A DNA stretch of 64,000 nt from Ruditapes philippinarum (taxonomy: Eukaryota), in assembly GCF_026571515.1 (NCBI RefSeq), contig NW_026857083.1, positions 1 through 64,000 of the forward strand, in the 5' to 3' direction. Made by a program: the position numbers and the translations under genes. Below are positions 13,266 through 26,377 of the stretch, in pieces (positions within the stretch are counted from its first letter, which is position 1; each line of letters starts with the position of its first letter). The notes under the pieces were generated by a model. That model was not told the DNA's origin. It did not search any database and worked only from the letters and a program-made list of their open reading frames with translations.

Positions 13266-16200
13266 AGCATTTTTCTTTTTCTAATAATGATACCAGAGTT
13301 TACATTAGTTCCATCCATACAATCTTATATGGTGATACATAGGGAAACGTTAAATTGTCCATGATTTCAAGATGAAAAGAAAATTAGTTTTCTCGAATCT
13401 TTTTCAAATGACTTTATAAAAAACAATGTGACCTTTATATGCTATAATTGATGTTCTCAAATAAAGGTCAAACATGAGCATGTGTCATTGGATGATAAAG
13501 AATTGGTAAATATTATACTTGCATGGGGTACACGCACGATTTCTAAATTAACAGCATTCTAAATGTGTTGATATCTTACGTTTTGACCTTTTTCTTCGAT
13601 ACCATGAACAAGTGCCATTGGAAAAAGGATGCGAAAAGGTTATGCCGTATGATTACATGATCAATGCATGATTTATGTATTATTTTCAATGTAATGACGG
13701 CATCTTATATTTTAATAATCTTATCCATTTTACTTTGTTTTTCGTAAATGTGTTATCATTTGCTATGATTAAGAGTTTGTATGATGTTATCGATTGCAGA
13801 AAGGCCATGAAATAGCATCAAAATAGTATCAATCTTTCCTTCCCTTTGAACGATAACTATGTGTATTTCGGTCACAGTCTGTAATGAAACATTCTGCTAG
13901 GTTTTACAATTACTTGAATCCATAAAAAGTCCGATAGGAGAACAATTCTGCCGTACATAATACAAAAATTACTGCAACAAAACTTTTTTTGAAAGAAGCT
14001 ACTTTTTAGTTTTAAAATAACTCATTGTTACCTAGATTGTGGTGAAATCAAACTTATGTACAAATGTAACTTATTTGTATTACTTTTGAGTTGTTGGTTT
14101 CCTAGAGTTAACCAGCAATAGTGTTATATGACAAAACATGTGCATGTCCCATTTAGGGCTCCAACCCATGATCCGTTGATCCATTGTTTGTAAAATAGGC
14201 ATCTTAAATACTATATGACCACTCAATATTATGTTTATCGACAGATACTGACTAGCTAATCATTCAATACTTAGCAGAAAATGTTACCAAAACAGATTTT
14301 CGACAGTTTATATACGTCATACCAATACCATTTGCATTCTTACATTTGAATACAAAAACCCAATATTTTCTTTAAAACCTCCGTTCTTCATTTTATTTTG
14401 ACTGCTCAGGAAAAAGAAAGAAAACGAAATTTTTATGCTGGAAACTTGTGCTAGAAAAAGAAATAACGAAAAAACAGTGAACGCTAAACATCAAGACAAT
14501 AGCTTAACTGGAAGGTAACTTAAGATACAAGCAAGCCTTCTCATATATGAAGGTGCATAAAGCTGTATACGAAGTGAAAACAAAAAAAATGGATTTGTTA
14601 AAAATAACTCACTTTGTTTTTTGTTTATTCATTGATATGATTTATTAACACTTATATTAGCACCGAATAGTGATTAGCCTGTACCATTAGAATAGAGCCA
14701 GACCAGTCTGGACATCAAGTATATTTTACATATTAAATTTAAACACTTTTAAAATATTTATTCTTTAAAAACAATTCCAAACTACCCTACTTACATAGCG
14801 AAACTTATGTCAAAAAAGACAAACGATAGATTGTAATCATTGTCTTTTATTAAAGTCGATTTGAGTGTTTGGCTTTCAATAAATTTTATGAAAAGACTGT
14901 TCTTCAAACTGCTTGATCACTAAATTGTGTTATGAAACTTTAATGCAAATGATGTGATAATTTTTATGAAGTAATATTTCTTGAATTACCTATAGAGTAC
15001 TTTTTATAACCTTAACTGTTAATAACTCGTGGTATATTTAGCCGAAAAACAGCTCTTTTCAGTTGAATAAACAGTTTTAGGTCAATAAAATGTTGGTTAT
15101 TTATAGCAACATTATTTGTGATATTTTTGAAAAAAGTTAACCAGATTTCATTCAAAGCATTATTGGCATTGAGGAATCTTGTAGCGAAACGTTATTCGCC
15201 ACATTAAACATATCGTCAGCTAAAGTGACCTAACTGATTAACTCCGATCAAATATAGAAGGACAAAACCCGTTACTTCACTAAAGAGACGATAAAGAGTT
15301 TTGGTTTGTCATTTGTTAGAATGCTTTTGATGTTAATACAAGGGTTAGAAAGTAATGTCTCGCAAATGCTGATATATTAACCTTTCACCTGGCGGATTTT
15401 AGTACAAGACAGTTAATTATTAATGTACGAAACATATAAAAATAACCTATTTACAGTATAGCCTTGTCGAAAAGCACATGTCGATTTACTTGTGGCAAAC
15501 AACTTATCACTTGTGTTTCCAATTTTCAGCAGCTTAAGTATACACATGAGATTTAAATGTAATTAAAAAACTGTGGAAAATATAAGTCTACTTAAAAAGG
15601 TTTAAACGATGGCACCTTTCACTCTGTAATTGGTCTAGATGTTTGAATATCTGCCTCTCAACCATTGGATTGAGGTTTTTAGCACTTCTGTGGTTACGAC
15701 CATGTTTCCTCATATGACACCAGTTCTTGTTAGTTCAAGAAAGCGTACTCGAGAATGGTTTGAATAAAAAACACACTCCAAAATATAACGTACACGTACA
15801 GGCAGACAAAGAGAGTTGCAGGCCGGTACCAACCGGAAAGGCCAGAGAACAGAAATTTTTAACTGATTAAAAATGCCTCTTTTTAAATCTACATAAATAA
15901 AGAAAAATATGGTAGCACACCACACTAATTGAAGCCACAGCTTCGAATGACGAGGGATTATTTTTTGGATATAGTGACTATTCTGGATTTAAATGACTGA
16001 TTGTCTTTAAAGTGCATTTTCAGCATGAGGCTTCATATATGATCACTGGCAATTCGGAAAATCAATCATGTCAATTATAAATGTCAAGGCCGCCATTTTT
16101 GTCAACAGTGCAAGGCCGCCATTTTCATCAACAGTGCCTTTAAACGGCATGATCGGTAAAAAGAAGTAATATTGCAGGGGGTATAAACTTTAAGCAATAG

Positions 16201-17461
16201 AAAATGATCTACCAGTATATTTCTGATATAGTGCATGGAGGCGCCAAAGCGGATTCAATGTTTCTGTAGCCCGAATATTTGCAGTTATTTTTGCAAGAGA
16301 GACGAAATGTGTTGTTTTGGGTCTCGGTCCACAGTAGATTTTGGCTTCCATGGAATGAACGTTTTAAACTTCCTGACTATTCCAGACGGGATAATTTCAT
16401 TATAGCTTTGCAATGTTATGACATCTATGTTCTCAACAAAACGTGTGTTCTCTTTCACATGTTTTGTTTGAGATAGTTCTTATAGGACATTGACGGCAGG
16501 AATTTGAACTTTAGTACGGAGTGATTAACCTATGGGTTAAATCATTTCATTTCCTGTTTAGTTCGCTACTTTTTACTTAGTCATCCCTCTCTACACATGA
16601 ATTGTTTTCTTTATGTCGTCTGCAATGTACATTCAATTGAAGACCAGCATACTGCTCTGATTCACAAAACTAATTATTTTTTTGCGAAGACGTGACTTAG
16701 AATGATGAAAAATAATTATCATATTGTGTGTGTTAACCTGACTGCGAATAACAAGTTTGACTGAAGTTGAAGGTTTACTGTTATGTATTTTCCAGACAAA
16801 AAATGACAAGGAAAATTGTTTATTTTCTATATAAACGTTATATAAGAGTGTCAATCACTGTGTTTGTCTTCTGCTAAACCTAAATGGCTTCCTCATCTCC
16901 ACAGATGAATGGTTTTTCTAATATGCCAGACAATTGAACGAAATTAATCATGTTCTTTTGTGTAATATCGGAAGGAAAATGTCTCATCATAAATTTCGTA
17001 AGAGTTCAAATAATTTGGTATAAATCATAATGATTCAAAACAGAATCCTTTGAAATGCAACTGAATTGCGCAGTGTTTAATAAAGACAGGTAAGAATATT
17101 GCAATACTAGTAGTTTGGATTGGGCAAAAATCGAGCATTGCACATAAAAAATGCCCAGCACACCTATAAGTCAATATACCTACCTTGGTCATGAAAAGGT
17201 CACACACGCGCACGGATACAATGTGTATAAAATTCCAGGAAATGGAAGCTCTCTGAGGACCAATAAAAAGATGTAAAAGGGTAAGCTTAAATTGCAACTT
17301 GATATTATTGAGTTTGTTGATATAATGTCAGGAAAGTAATCATCGGTTTCTGTCAAATTACAGCTTAAATATTTTGTTTTAAATAGATAAGTTTAAGCAA
17401 AAACCTAATAAAAGAAACAGAAATTTAGAATACATTTTTATCTAAAACAAACCCTATCTTA

Positions 17462-18224
17462 GAGCCCGTCTACACCTATCCAAGTCTTGAATGCAAGTAT
17501 CATATTCTCTTGTATTGGATAGTGTAGACACACTACTTGAATGAGTTTTAAAGAGAAATTATGTGACATCCAAGAAGATAATTCCTTGCAAGAAAGTTAG
17601 AACACGTTCTATTTTTCTACAAGTTTTTGGCTGTCAAGACACTGATAACACCGGTTTGACAAAAACATGTGCCCGAAGGTTTGATAGTGCTGTTATTTTT
17701 ATTATTTTCTGACTTTTTGTTGTTGATTCAGTGTACATGCCCTTTGAATTTCAGTAAATGATTACAATGTCTTGGTCAAAGGAACAAACCAATACGCTGA
17801 TACACAGAAGAGCAAAAAAAAAAAAAAAAAAAAAAAAATAATTTACATTGTAAAAAAATGAAAAAGAGCTCTTTTTCAAGTAAAGTCAAAATGGATTTAA
17901 AATGATCTTGTTCATTTAGTGAATAACTTTCCTCAAATAAAGAATTTGCATCAAAATAATTTTTTTGTCACATTTTTTCAATTTTAAAAAAGAATGAACG
18001 CATTTCATTTACTCCATTCTGTTTTAGCTAATTGCATCATTTTCCCGCTTTTTTCACATATTTTACAGAAACATGATAGTCTTGCAAAGACAAAGGTATA
18101 AATCCTGGGCTATCTTAAAGAGACATTTCAGTAAAAATTGTGCCTGAAAAAATGTTGAAAGGGCCATTTATTTAGCTTATCTAAATGTGACATGTAAGAA
18201 ACTTGAATAGGTGTAGACACGGCC
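17462..18224. mobile_element. PIF/Harbinger-like MITE, TTA TSD
   Basis: TTA|GAGCCCGTCTACACCTATCCAAGT ... ACTTGAATAGGTGTAGACACGGCC|TTA. Confidence 0.7.
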
Positions 18225-18949
18225 TTACATAAATGTGACCAAATAAATGTATCAAAATATTTGTTTATCAAAAGGCATGTAAATAAGAACGTGACTTGGA
18301 AGAATTGAAATCAATTATCAACTTATTATGAAATTATAGACCAACAGCCGTGTAAATAAAACTGTTAAAGTCAGCAAAAAATAATAAAAGAACAATCCTT
18401 TCTATTAATGAAACAATCCTTCAAGCCTAGCCTCCTTAAAGTTATGTGCTGTATTCTATACGTGTGTTTGTATGTGTTTTCTTTCTTGCGTGCGCGGGCA
18501 TGTATTTGCGCGTTTGCATATGCGCGCGCGCGAAAAAGATCAAGGCAGTGTTATAATCTTATAGTGAAATATGATTAACAAGGCTAACAAGTAAGGCGGC
18601 GTTCAATGAACGTAACCCACACACCACCAAGCGACAAGAACCTGAGGCAAGGAGCCCAAGAGACCTCAAACATAAACAGGTCAGGGCGCAAGGCGGAGCA
18701 CGGACAGGCTAATTATTTAAATGATACTTAAAAAGAAATGATAGTATTTCGTTTGTTTCATTTGCACATTACACATTCTATTCTTTCTTTATCGACATAA
18801 CATATATTTTCACTAGCTATTAGAGATAAAAAAATTTGGTTAATTGAATATAAGATTGGTAAAGGAAATATGATACCAAGCTTTTTTCTCCACATTTTTA
18901 AAGCACTGAAAACCCAAGACTGTAACGTTGTTATGTTATAATTGTTAAT

Positions 18950-19390
18950 CAGTAGAGATGTTCAAAGTTTTGAGTTGTACGCATTGCTTTAAGTAATAAT
19001 CAGTAAGTGTTGTTCAATGAATGAGAGTTTTTTGCTGAGTTATAAAAGATCAATGTGTGTCAGAAGGAACTCGGTTGGTAATGTTCAATGTTTGAAAACA
19101 TTTCAGTTAGTAATGTTTATGATGTGATTAGTGTACAGTGAGAAATGTTAAGTGTGTGTAGTGTTCATTGACTAGAATGATGTTTATTCAATAATGTTCA
19201 TGATGTGACTAATAAAAAAAATAAGTGAGTAATGATCAATATGAGATTAGTGCTCAGTGAAAATAATGTTCATATTTTTGAGAAATGCTAACTTAAGTAT
19301 TTATCATGTTTGATGGAAGTACTAACTGAGTATTGTTCATAGCTGTATGAAGTGCTCAGTGATCATTGTTTATGTTTGTGAGAAATGTTA
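18950..19390. repeat. Degenerate minisatellite (AGTGCTCAGT / AATGTTCA motifs) that continues after the nested TE cluster at 23883-23932
   Basis: The same motifs occur on both sides of the Kolobok-like insertion. Confidence 0.55.
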
Positions 19391-19655
19391 AAGGGACACC
19401 ACTGAGGTTTTTTGAAATGACGTGACTGTAAATATTTTCTTCGAGATCAATGTTCCATTTGATGGAATTCTAAACCATTAACTTGTGTGCAAACCTTCAG
19501 ATCATTCGCTCACTCAATTTTCCAGAATAATTGAGAACAAGAGGGCCATGATGGCCCTAAATCGCTCATCTGAGTCAGAATACTTGTTAATTTGGGTTTT
19601 TTAAAAGAAGATTTGTTGTTGTTACTATATGCATATACATGTAATTAAAATAAAA

Positions 19656-21084
19656 AACAAGAGCTGTCGGAAGGACAGCACGCTCGACTATTCTAAGTGC
19701 TTGATAGTAAAAGAGCCTTGATAATGTTAAGTTTTTTAAGTTCACAAAAGGGCTAATTTTTTTTTATAAATTCAAGTTATAGGCCTTGGAGAGAGTCTAA
19801 TTATACAGTATTGGCTTGACTATTCGGAAGGTAATGTCACAAGGGTGTTTTATTGAGTATAATAATACTAATTACCTATGAATACATAAATTTGACAGAA
19901 AAGGTACAAAGGCTTGTTATTAAGATGTTTTATTAAGTAAATCACAGCTTTATTATTATTAATGCTTAAATTGTCCCAAAAAAGGCACAAACCCTTCAGT
20001 AGTTATTGAGATAACAGCTTACAAGCAAAACTTTACCATGAATTTCTAAGTTAAAAAAGGGGAGAAAAATCAGCCTAAATGCAAGATAGAATTATGGATC
20101 TTTGTCAGTGAACTACAATTATGACTCTAAATGCATATGTGAAGTTTTAAATAAATATCTTTAATAGTTATTGAGATATGTAAACTTGCATGTAAACATT
20201 AACCAAGAGAATAAGTAGAAAAGGGGATATGAATCAGCCTTAATGCAAGATAGAGTTATGGAACTTGGTAAGTGACATACAATTATGACCCTCCAATTAT
20301 GACCCTACGTGCATGTGTTTCAAGTAAATATCTTTGAAGACCTTTAACCAAAATTTCTAAGTTCCAAAGGGGCATAATTCTGTCAATATTGTAGGCAGAG
20401 TTATCCAACTTGTCAATCTGATGTACCTTGTTACTATAAATAAGTATTGTAAGTTTCAATTGAATATCTCAAGCAATAATTGAGATATTTGACTTTACAA
20501 AAAACTTAAACCAAAATTTTTAAGTTAAAAAGAGGCATAATTCTGTCAATATTGTAGGCAGAGTTATCCAACTTGTCAATCTGATGTACCTTGTTACTAT
20601 AAATAAGTATTGTAAGTTTCAATTGAATATCTCAAGCAATAATTGAGATATTTGACTTTACAAAAAACTTAAACCAAAATTTGTAAGTTAAAAAGGGGCA
20701 TAATTCTGTCAATATTGTAGGCAGAGTTATCCAACTTGTCAATCTGATGTACCTTGTTACTATAAATAAGTATTGTAAGTTTCAATTGAATATCTCAAGC
20801 AATAATTGAGATATTTGACTTTACAAAAAACTTTAACCAAAATTTCTAAGTTAAAAAGGGGCATAATTCTGTCAATATTGTAGGCAGAGTTATCCAACTT
20901 GTCAATCTGATGTACCTTGTTACTATAAATAACTATTGTAAGTTTCAATTGAATATCACAAGTAATAATTGAGATATTTGACTTTACAAAAAACTTTAAC
21001 CAACGCAGACGCCGACGCGGACGCGGACGCCGACGCCGGGGCGACTACAATAGCTCTCATATTCTTCGAATAGTCGAGCTAAAA
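19656..21084 (-). mobile_element. Helentron-type HINE with an internal 163-bp tandem array
   Basis: Hairpin GCTGTC-N5-GACAGC; subterminal inverted repeat GCTCGACTATTC (19682) / GAATAGTCGAGC (21068); (GACGCC/GACGCG)n microsatellite; four near-identical 163-bp units at ~20341-21000 plus older units. Confidence 0.85.
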
Positions 21085-21342
21085 ACGCGGGCCAATTTTC
21101 ACCATAAGGCTTTTTTTAACAAATTGGTAGGCAATGTTTCATGCCGAATATCTAAGCTCTTGCTCATTGGATTTTAAAAGAAGCCTTCTTTTGCTTTTTT
21201 TATAAATATATAAAGGAAAATCAATGACCCCAGGGCGGGGCTGATTTGACCTCAGAACTTTTATTTGAACAAACGTGGTAGACACCCATTAGAGGTGTTT
21301 CACGATTAATATCTAAGCTCTGGTTCTTTGGGTTTTTTAAAA

Positions 21343-22906
21343 CAGGGTTTCCACTCTTAGATATTTTGAAAATTTAAGGACTTTTCCAGGACTTATGAAG
21401 GACCTTTTTTATTTTTTAAGGACTTTTTAGAAGATTGAATTTCAAGCTATTCAATTTTTTTGTCCTATGAATATTTTCATGGTAATGTTTAAAACAACAT
21501 TTAATAACAATATAATACATGTAGTTCATGACATAAATCTAACTCTATCTAAGAAATACATTCAGTGTCTATAAGTAATGAAATGTACTATGTGACAGCA
21601 ACTGTTGCAGGTTGTCTGCAATTTTCATGTAATTTTGGTGTTTTTAATGCTTCCAAGGGATCACTTTTTTTTACAAGATATTCATAGTACTTTAATAAGT
21701 AACCTCACAAATTTTACCTCAGTCCACTTAGGTGCATAGAATGGCAAAAGCATGTCACACTGAAGGGTATATGAAAACTGCCTGCAGGTGTTTCTACATT
21801 AAAAATTTCACAACTTTCATGTTTAAATGTTGTACTCTGCTTAAGCCAGTGCTACGGGTTCTACAAAATATGGCAGCAGCACAAAATACCCAAACACACA
21901 CAATTATAGCAATATTCATTTTGGTTTGTATACAATATAGATTTTAATGAGAAAATGAATTGATATTTTCAAAATAATGTGACTTAGCCAACTATTACTT
22001 TCATTCATTCCGTTGAAATTGGCAGTTCAGATGTTGTACGTAAGACAAAAAGTGACATTTGCTTTTCTAACTGTTAGGTTCATTAATGAATAGACAAATG
22101 TACTTGCAAGATATGAGATTTGTTGTCTACATTTAAATTTGAAGGGTATAATTTTGTTGTAATTTCATACAAGTTCATTCGTATTATTTTTTTTATTGAA
22201 TAGTTTTCATGGAGTATACTGTATTTGGGTTTATTTTGGTTCAAAAATGAAAATTTGGGTATGTTCAATTACATCTTAGTGAAAGTGTATATTGTATTCA
22301 TGATTAAAACAGCACTTTTTTTTAGTATAACACATTCATTTTTAGTATATTGTGGCTAATATTTGGGTATTTCTTGCTACCCAAATATGGTGTGGCCAAC
22401 TGGCTGTGCTCTGCCTTGACAATAGTTCATGTATGTAATACTATTGTTTATTTTATATTGATTTACCTTTGGCTTTTAGCATGGTTGTGAGCAATAAGGT
22501 TAAACAAATTGCCCAAGGAAACAACCAGACCTGTGAGCTTTCATGTTTCTAAGCACGGGCCAATCAAGCAAACTTGTGCTCGATTTGTGACTGTCTTATA
22601 ACATTTTCCAAACAAAACTGCCATAGTAACCAGAAAATAAATGTTAAATCTCATAAATGTCAAACTTGGCCTCCCAAAACACTTGTAAATCGAAAAATCA
22701 TCAACATTCAAGATGCAGAAGTCAATATACTGTGCTAAGACCGCCATTTTGGTTGTTTGATTTACCTCCCCTTTACCAGACTAATTCCCGTACCTTCCCG
22801 GACTTTTTTATGTATCAACACTAATTCCCGGACTTTTCAAGGCCGGGAGCTCCTGTTTTCAAATTCACGGACATTTCCCGTTTTCCCGGACAGCGTGGGA
22901 ACCCTG
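21343..22906. mobile_element. Non-autonomous hAT-like DNA transposon with a 6-bp TSD (TTAAAA)
   Basis: TIRs CAGGGTTTCCAC / GTGGGAACCCTG, TTAAAA on both sides, subterminal (TTCCC)GGACT repeats; no transposase ORF. Confidence 0.75.
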
Positions 22907-22937
22907 TTAAAAGAAGATTTTTTTAAGTTTTTTACTA

Positions 22938-23651
22938 CAGTAGAATCCCTACTAAAGACCACCCCAGAATTAAGACCACCCCGTTATTGAGACCAGTTTT
23001 TAAAAGAACGGAATTTTCTGTACTTATGTCAATGGTTACATGATCCAGAATAAAGACCACCTCGCTTATCCACTTTTAAAACCACCAAATTCAGTCCCAA
23101 TTCTTTGTTTTGTTCATTATTTGACCTCACTATTGAGACCACTGATATTAAAATCAACACCTACTTAGATCTTAAATTTGTTGATATGTTGTTATTATCT
23201 GCTTGATTGCTCTTAGGCATGACACTTGATTTCACAAGGTGTCAAAAACTGTTGTTTTTGGGTTATTGTATGAAATAAGGTGAGAAAATAAATTTTAAAG
23301 TGGTTTAATGTTGCTTTAAGCACATTTATTTTTTGAAGAAATAATGTCTCATATGATATGTGATTTATGTACACCATACAATCATTAATTTTGAAATCAG
23401 AACAAAGAGAATATTTGATATTAAATTTCTTCAGAAATATGTTTTCTTCCCATCAGATGTAACATTATAACATACTTTTATATTGTATTTGCAGGTTAAG
23501 ATACATATTGTTTGTTCATACAAAATGACTTAAATAGACCATGGTCATAAAGTGTCTAAGCAATGATTAGAATATCCAGAATTAAGACCACCCCTCAATT
23601 AAACCACTTTGGTCCAGTCCCGATGGTGGTCTTAATTGAGGGTTTTTACTG
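22938..23651. mobile_element. Tc1/mariner-pogo (Tigger-like) MITE, TA TSD
   Basis: TA|CAGTAGAATCCCTACTAAAGACCACC ... GGTGGTCTTAATTGAGGGTTTTTACTG|TA; repeated AAGACCAC subterminal motifs. Confidence 0.8.
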
Positions 23652-24441
23652 TATATACATATAAAAAAATCAATGACCTCCTGGGGGATCACAAAAAGCC
23701 AAAATTAAAGTGTTGTAACGCTCCTCACTCAAATAGGGCTAAGAAAAGCAAAAAGTACGATTCTCAATTTATTTCTGAGAATGTTTCTTACTAATTATTT
23801 GCATATCTTTCTTTTTTTTAAAAAACTGAAGCTGTTAAATTTCATATTTTGAGGCTTTCAGACCTCAGTAGTGTTCTTTTAATGGGTAGTGCTCAGGGTT
23901 GGTGGAAGTGCCCAGTAAGCAATGTTCATGTTTGGTTTCGTTACAGTTGTCTCGTGTATACTGTTTTCTTTTACGAAATTCTTAGTTTATATACAGAAAG
24001 AACAAATCGACGGTTCTATAAAACGACCGTGTCACGCGGAAATATCCTGGACGTTTTACTTGGGTTAGGCCTTTAAGCCTTTATTACTGTAAGAACCTCC
24101 AGTCCTGTACAAACTCGTATCCGCATCGAAATCAGGCGAAAGGTTTCGTCACGGTTGTTTCGTGAATATTGTGTTTTTCAGTTTATATACAGAAAGAATA
24201 AATCGCCAGTCGAGGAAAACGACCATGCCACGCGGACAACTCCTAGACTTTTCACTTGGGTTTGGGCTTTTAGCCTTATATTTATGTAGAGAAAACCAGC
24301 CTAGGTGGATGCCGTCGATGTCGACAAAAGTTACCTTATATGTGAACTTTTTCAAGGCGACACAAAAAATGAACATTCTCATCTTGAAAAGAATAATAAC
24401 ATTATTACAGAAGAACAAAAACGAATGAATGTGTAAATAAT

Positions 24442-24447
24442 TTTATT
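24442..24447 (-). terminator. Candidate distal polyadenylation signal AATAAA
   Basis: tttatt on the + strand at the compositional boundary. Confidence 0.4.
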
Positions 24448-26377
24448 TATCAATATGAAATATAGACAACATACAAATGTGAGTGGAATGGCTTAGGTTA
24501 ATTTAGGAATGATGTTGCACACTTCACTGCTTCACACATTGTGAAAATAAAACATATTTAACAAACACATACACAGATAACTTTTTTACAGACATATCTT
24601 TACAGAACACATGACTTGGTTTTCATTTAACTCAGTTTACACAATATGCTTCTTCCCAGATTTTAATATATAAATGTTCTTATTTTAAATCCCATCTTTA
24701 CAACAAGTACCTTTATATATAAAATGCCCACTGAATATTTCACTAACTTACCTATGTTGTTATAGAAACAGATGGGTATAATACATATGTGTATAAAATA
24801 TAAAATGCCTCAAATATAGCACTGAATAAATATCCCCACAAGTCATCAGCTAGACTACATTGTACATAATTTGAAAACTGAATCAAGAAGGTCATTTTTT
24901 TATATAATTTTCAAATATATTAAACAATGCTATAACAAATTCATTGGGATGTTTTGGACAATCCAATGCATCAGTATAGAAACATCTGATATTTCTAATC
25001 ATGTGTGACTGTAAGTTGAACTCTTTACCTGCTAATTTTCTTAAAAGAACCTATCCAGCTTCCACTTTTAGAATTAGCCATTGTCAATAACTGGGATCTC
25101 AAGATGAAAACTTTGAAGTATGTTCACATGGATCCATGTCTGTTTCAGTGATGTATAATAAATTACCATCACTCCCAGTCCTTATATTTCATCATAGATT
25201 TAGTTTGCATATTCCTACCAACGTACTAGTAGATCATTTTCTCTCTCAAACATGTGCTAGCATTCTACTTTTTGTCACAGAGCTATCTTATGAAACAGCC
25301 GACTATAACGGTCATATTATATAACTAAATCTTCAGTAACAAAAACAATGTATAAAAGCAGGGTATAAATGAATACTTGTAAAATTAAAACACAAAAAAA
25401 TCCCTAAACCTAAGTTAAATAATCCGTTAAATATCTCATAGATTATAAAAATCAAGTTTCGAAACCATTCTATTGAAGATGCCACACCATTGGTCAATTT
25501 CAAATTTAATTTCAAGTGGCATCCAATCAGGTGGCGGAATACTTTAGACTGGTACCCAAACTTGATATTTTTCAATCTATGATGAAGATTAGATACATAT
25601 TTATAAATATATATTGCATCAATGCAGCATCATATTAACACATTCTGAAAATGTTCTGTTTACAACAAAACAAGAAGCAAATGTATAGTATGTACATGGT
25701 AATTTGACAGTTTCTTACTTTTACGGTATAGATCACCGATGATAAAATGGCATTTAATTAACACCATCAATTAATATACAAAAGATGATATCCCAAAGAA
25801 CACAAACCAAATCATAATAGAAACGCAACTGAAATACTCTGAATGATGGTTTAATTTTTATTTATGCATGTATTTCAATACAATAAAGGTCTCTTAAATA
25901 AAGTAACTTTTCGTTAATAGTTATTTCAATTAATTATGTGCAATTCAACACACAATTTCAAAAAATCAATATCTAAGATCACTTTCATTAAGTGCAAAAA
26001 ATAGTTTATGTGTTGATAATGGTTTGTAAATCAAAGTACTTAAAGTACTATTTGAAGTCGATTTTGAAAAAAAAAATTGTCTTTAGAATAGCAAACTATG
26101 AACGTTGTACAAAACATACCAAAACATAGCACTAACATGTAACAGAGATTATGGAATGTTTAAAACAAAGATTTCATTTGACAATACAATAAATAAAATG
26201 ACTGGAAATATACGGGGAAAAAACAATATACATAATAAACCAAGTAAACAAAGCATGAAATTATGCTGCTATTTTAGTTAATATGACTGTTAGATCTGTA
26301 AGCACTAATTAAGATATGCTATGAAAACTTGTGCAAAAGCTTTTATAACAAAAACCTAGATCAATGATATATATCTG

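Larger units (their letters stand above)
19536..23688 (-). mobile_element. Truncated Helentron-type non-autonomous element (HINE) hosting three younger insertions
   Basis: Terminal hairpin AACAAGAGGGCCATGATGGCCCT followed by CGCTCA. The repeat unit (gggttttttaaaagaagattt...aaatcaatgacc) resumes across each insertion. Confidence 0.65.
19392..23878. mobile_element. Second Kolobok-like MITE copy, split by ~4.15 kb of nested insertions
   Basis: TTAA|AGGGACACCACTGAGG ... CCTCAGTAGTGTTCTT|TTAA; both halves align to 6698-7181. Confidence 0.75.
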
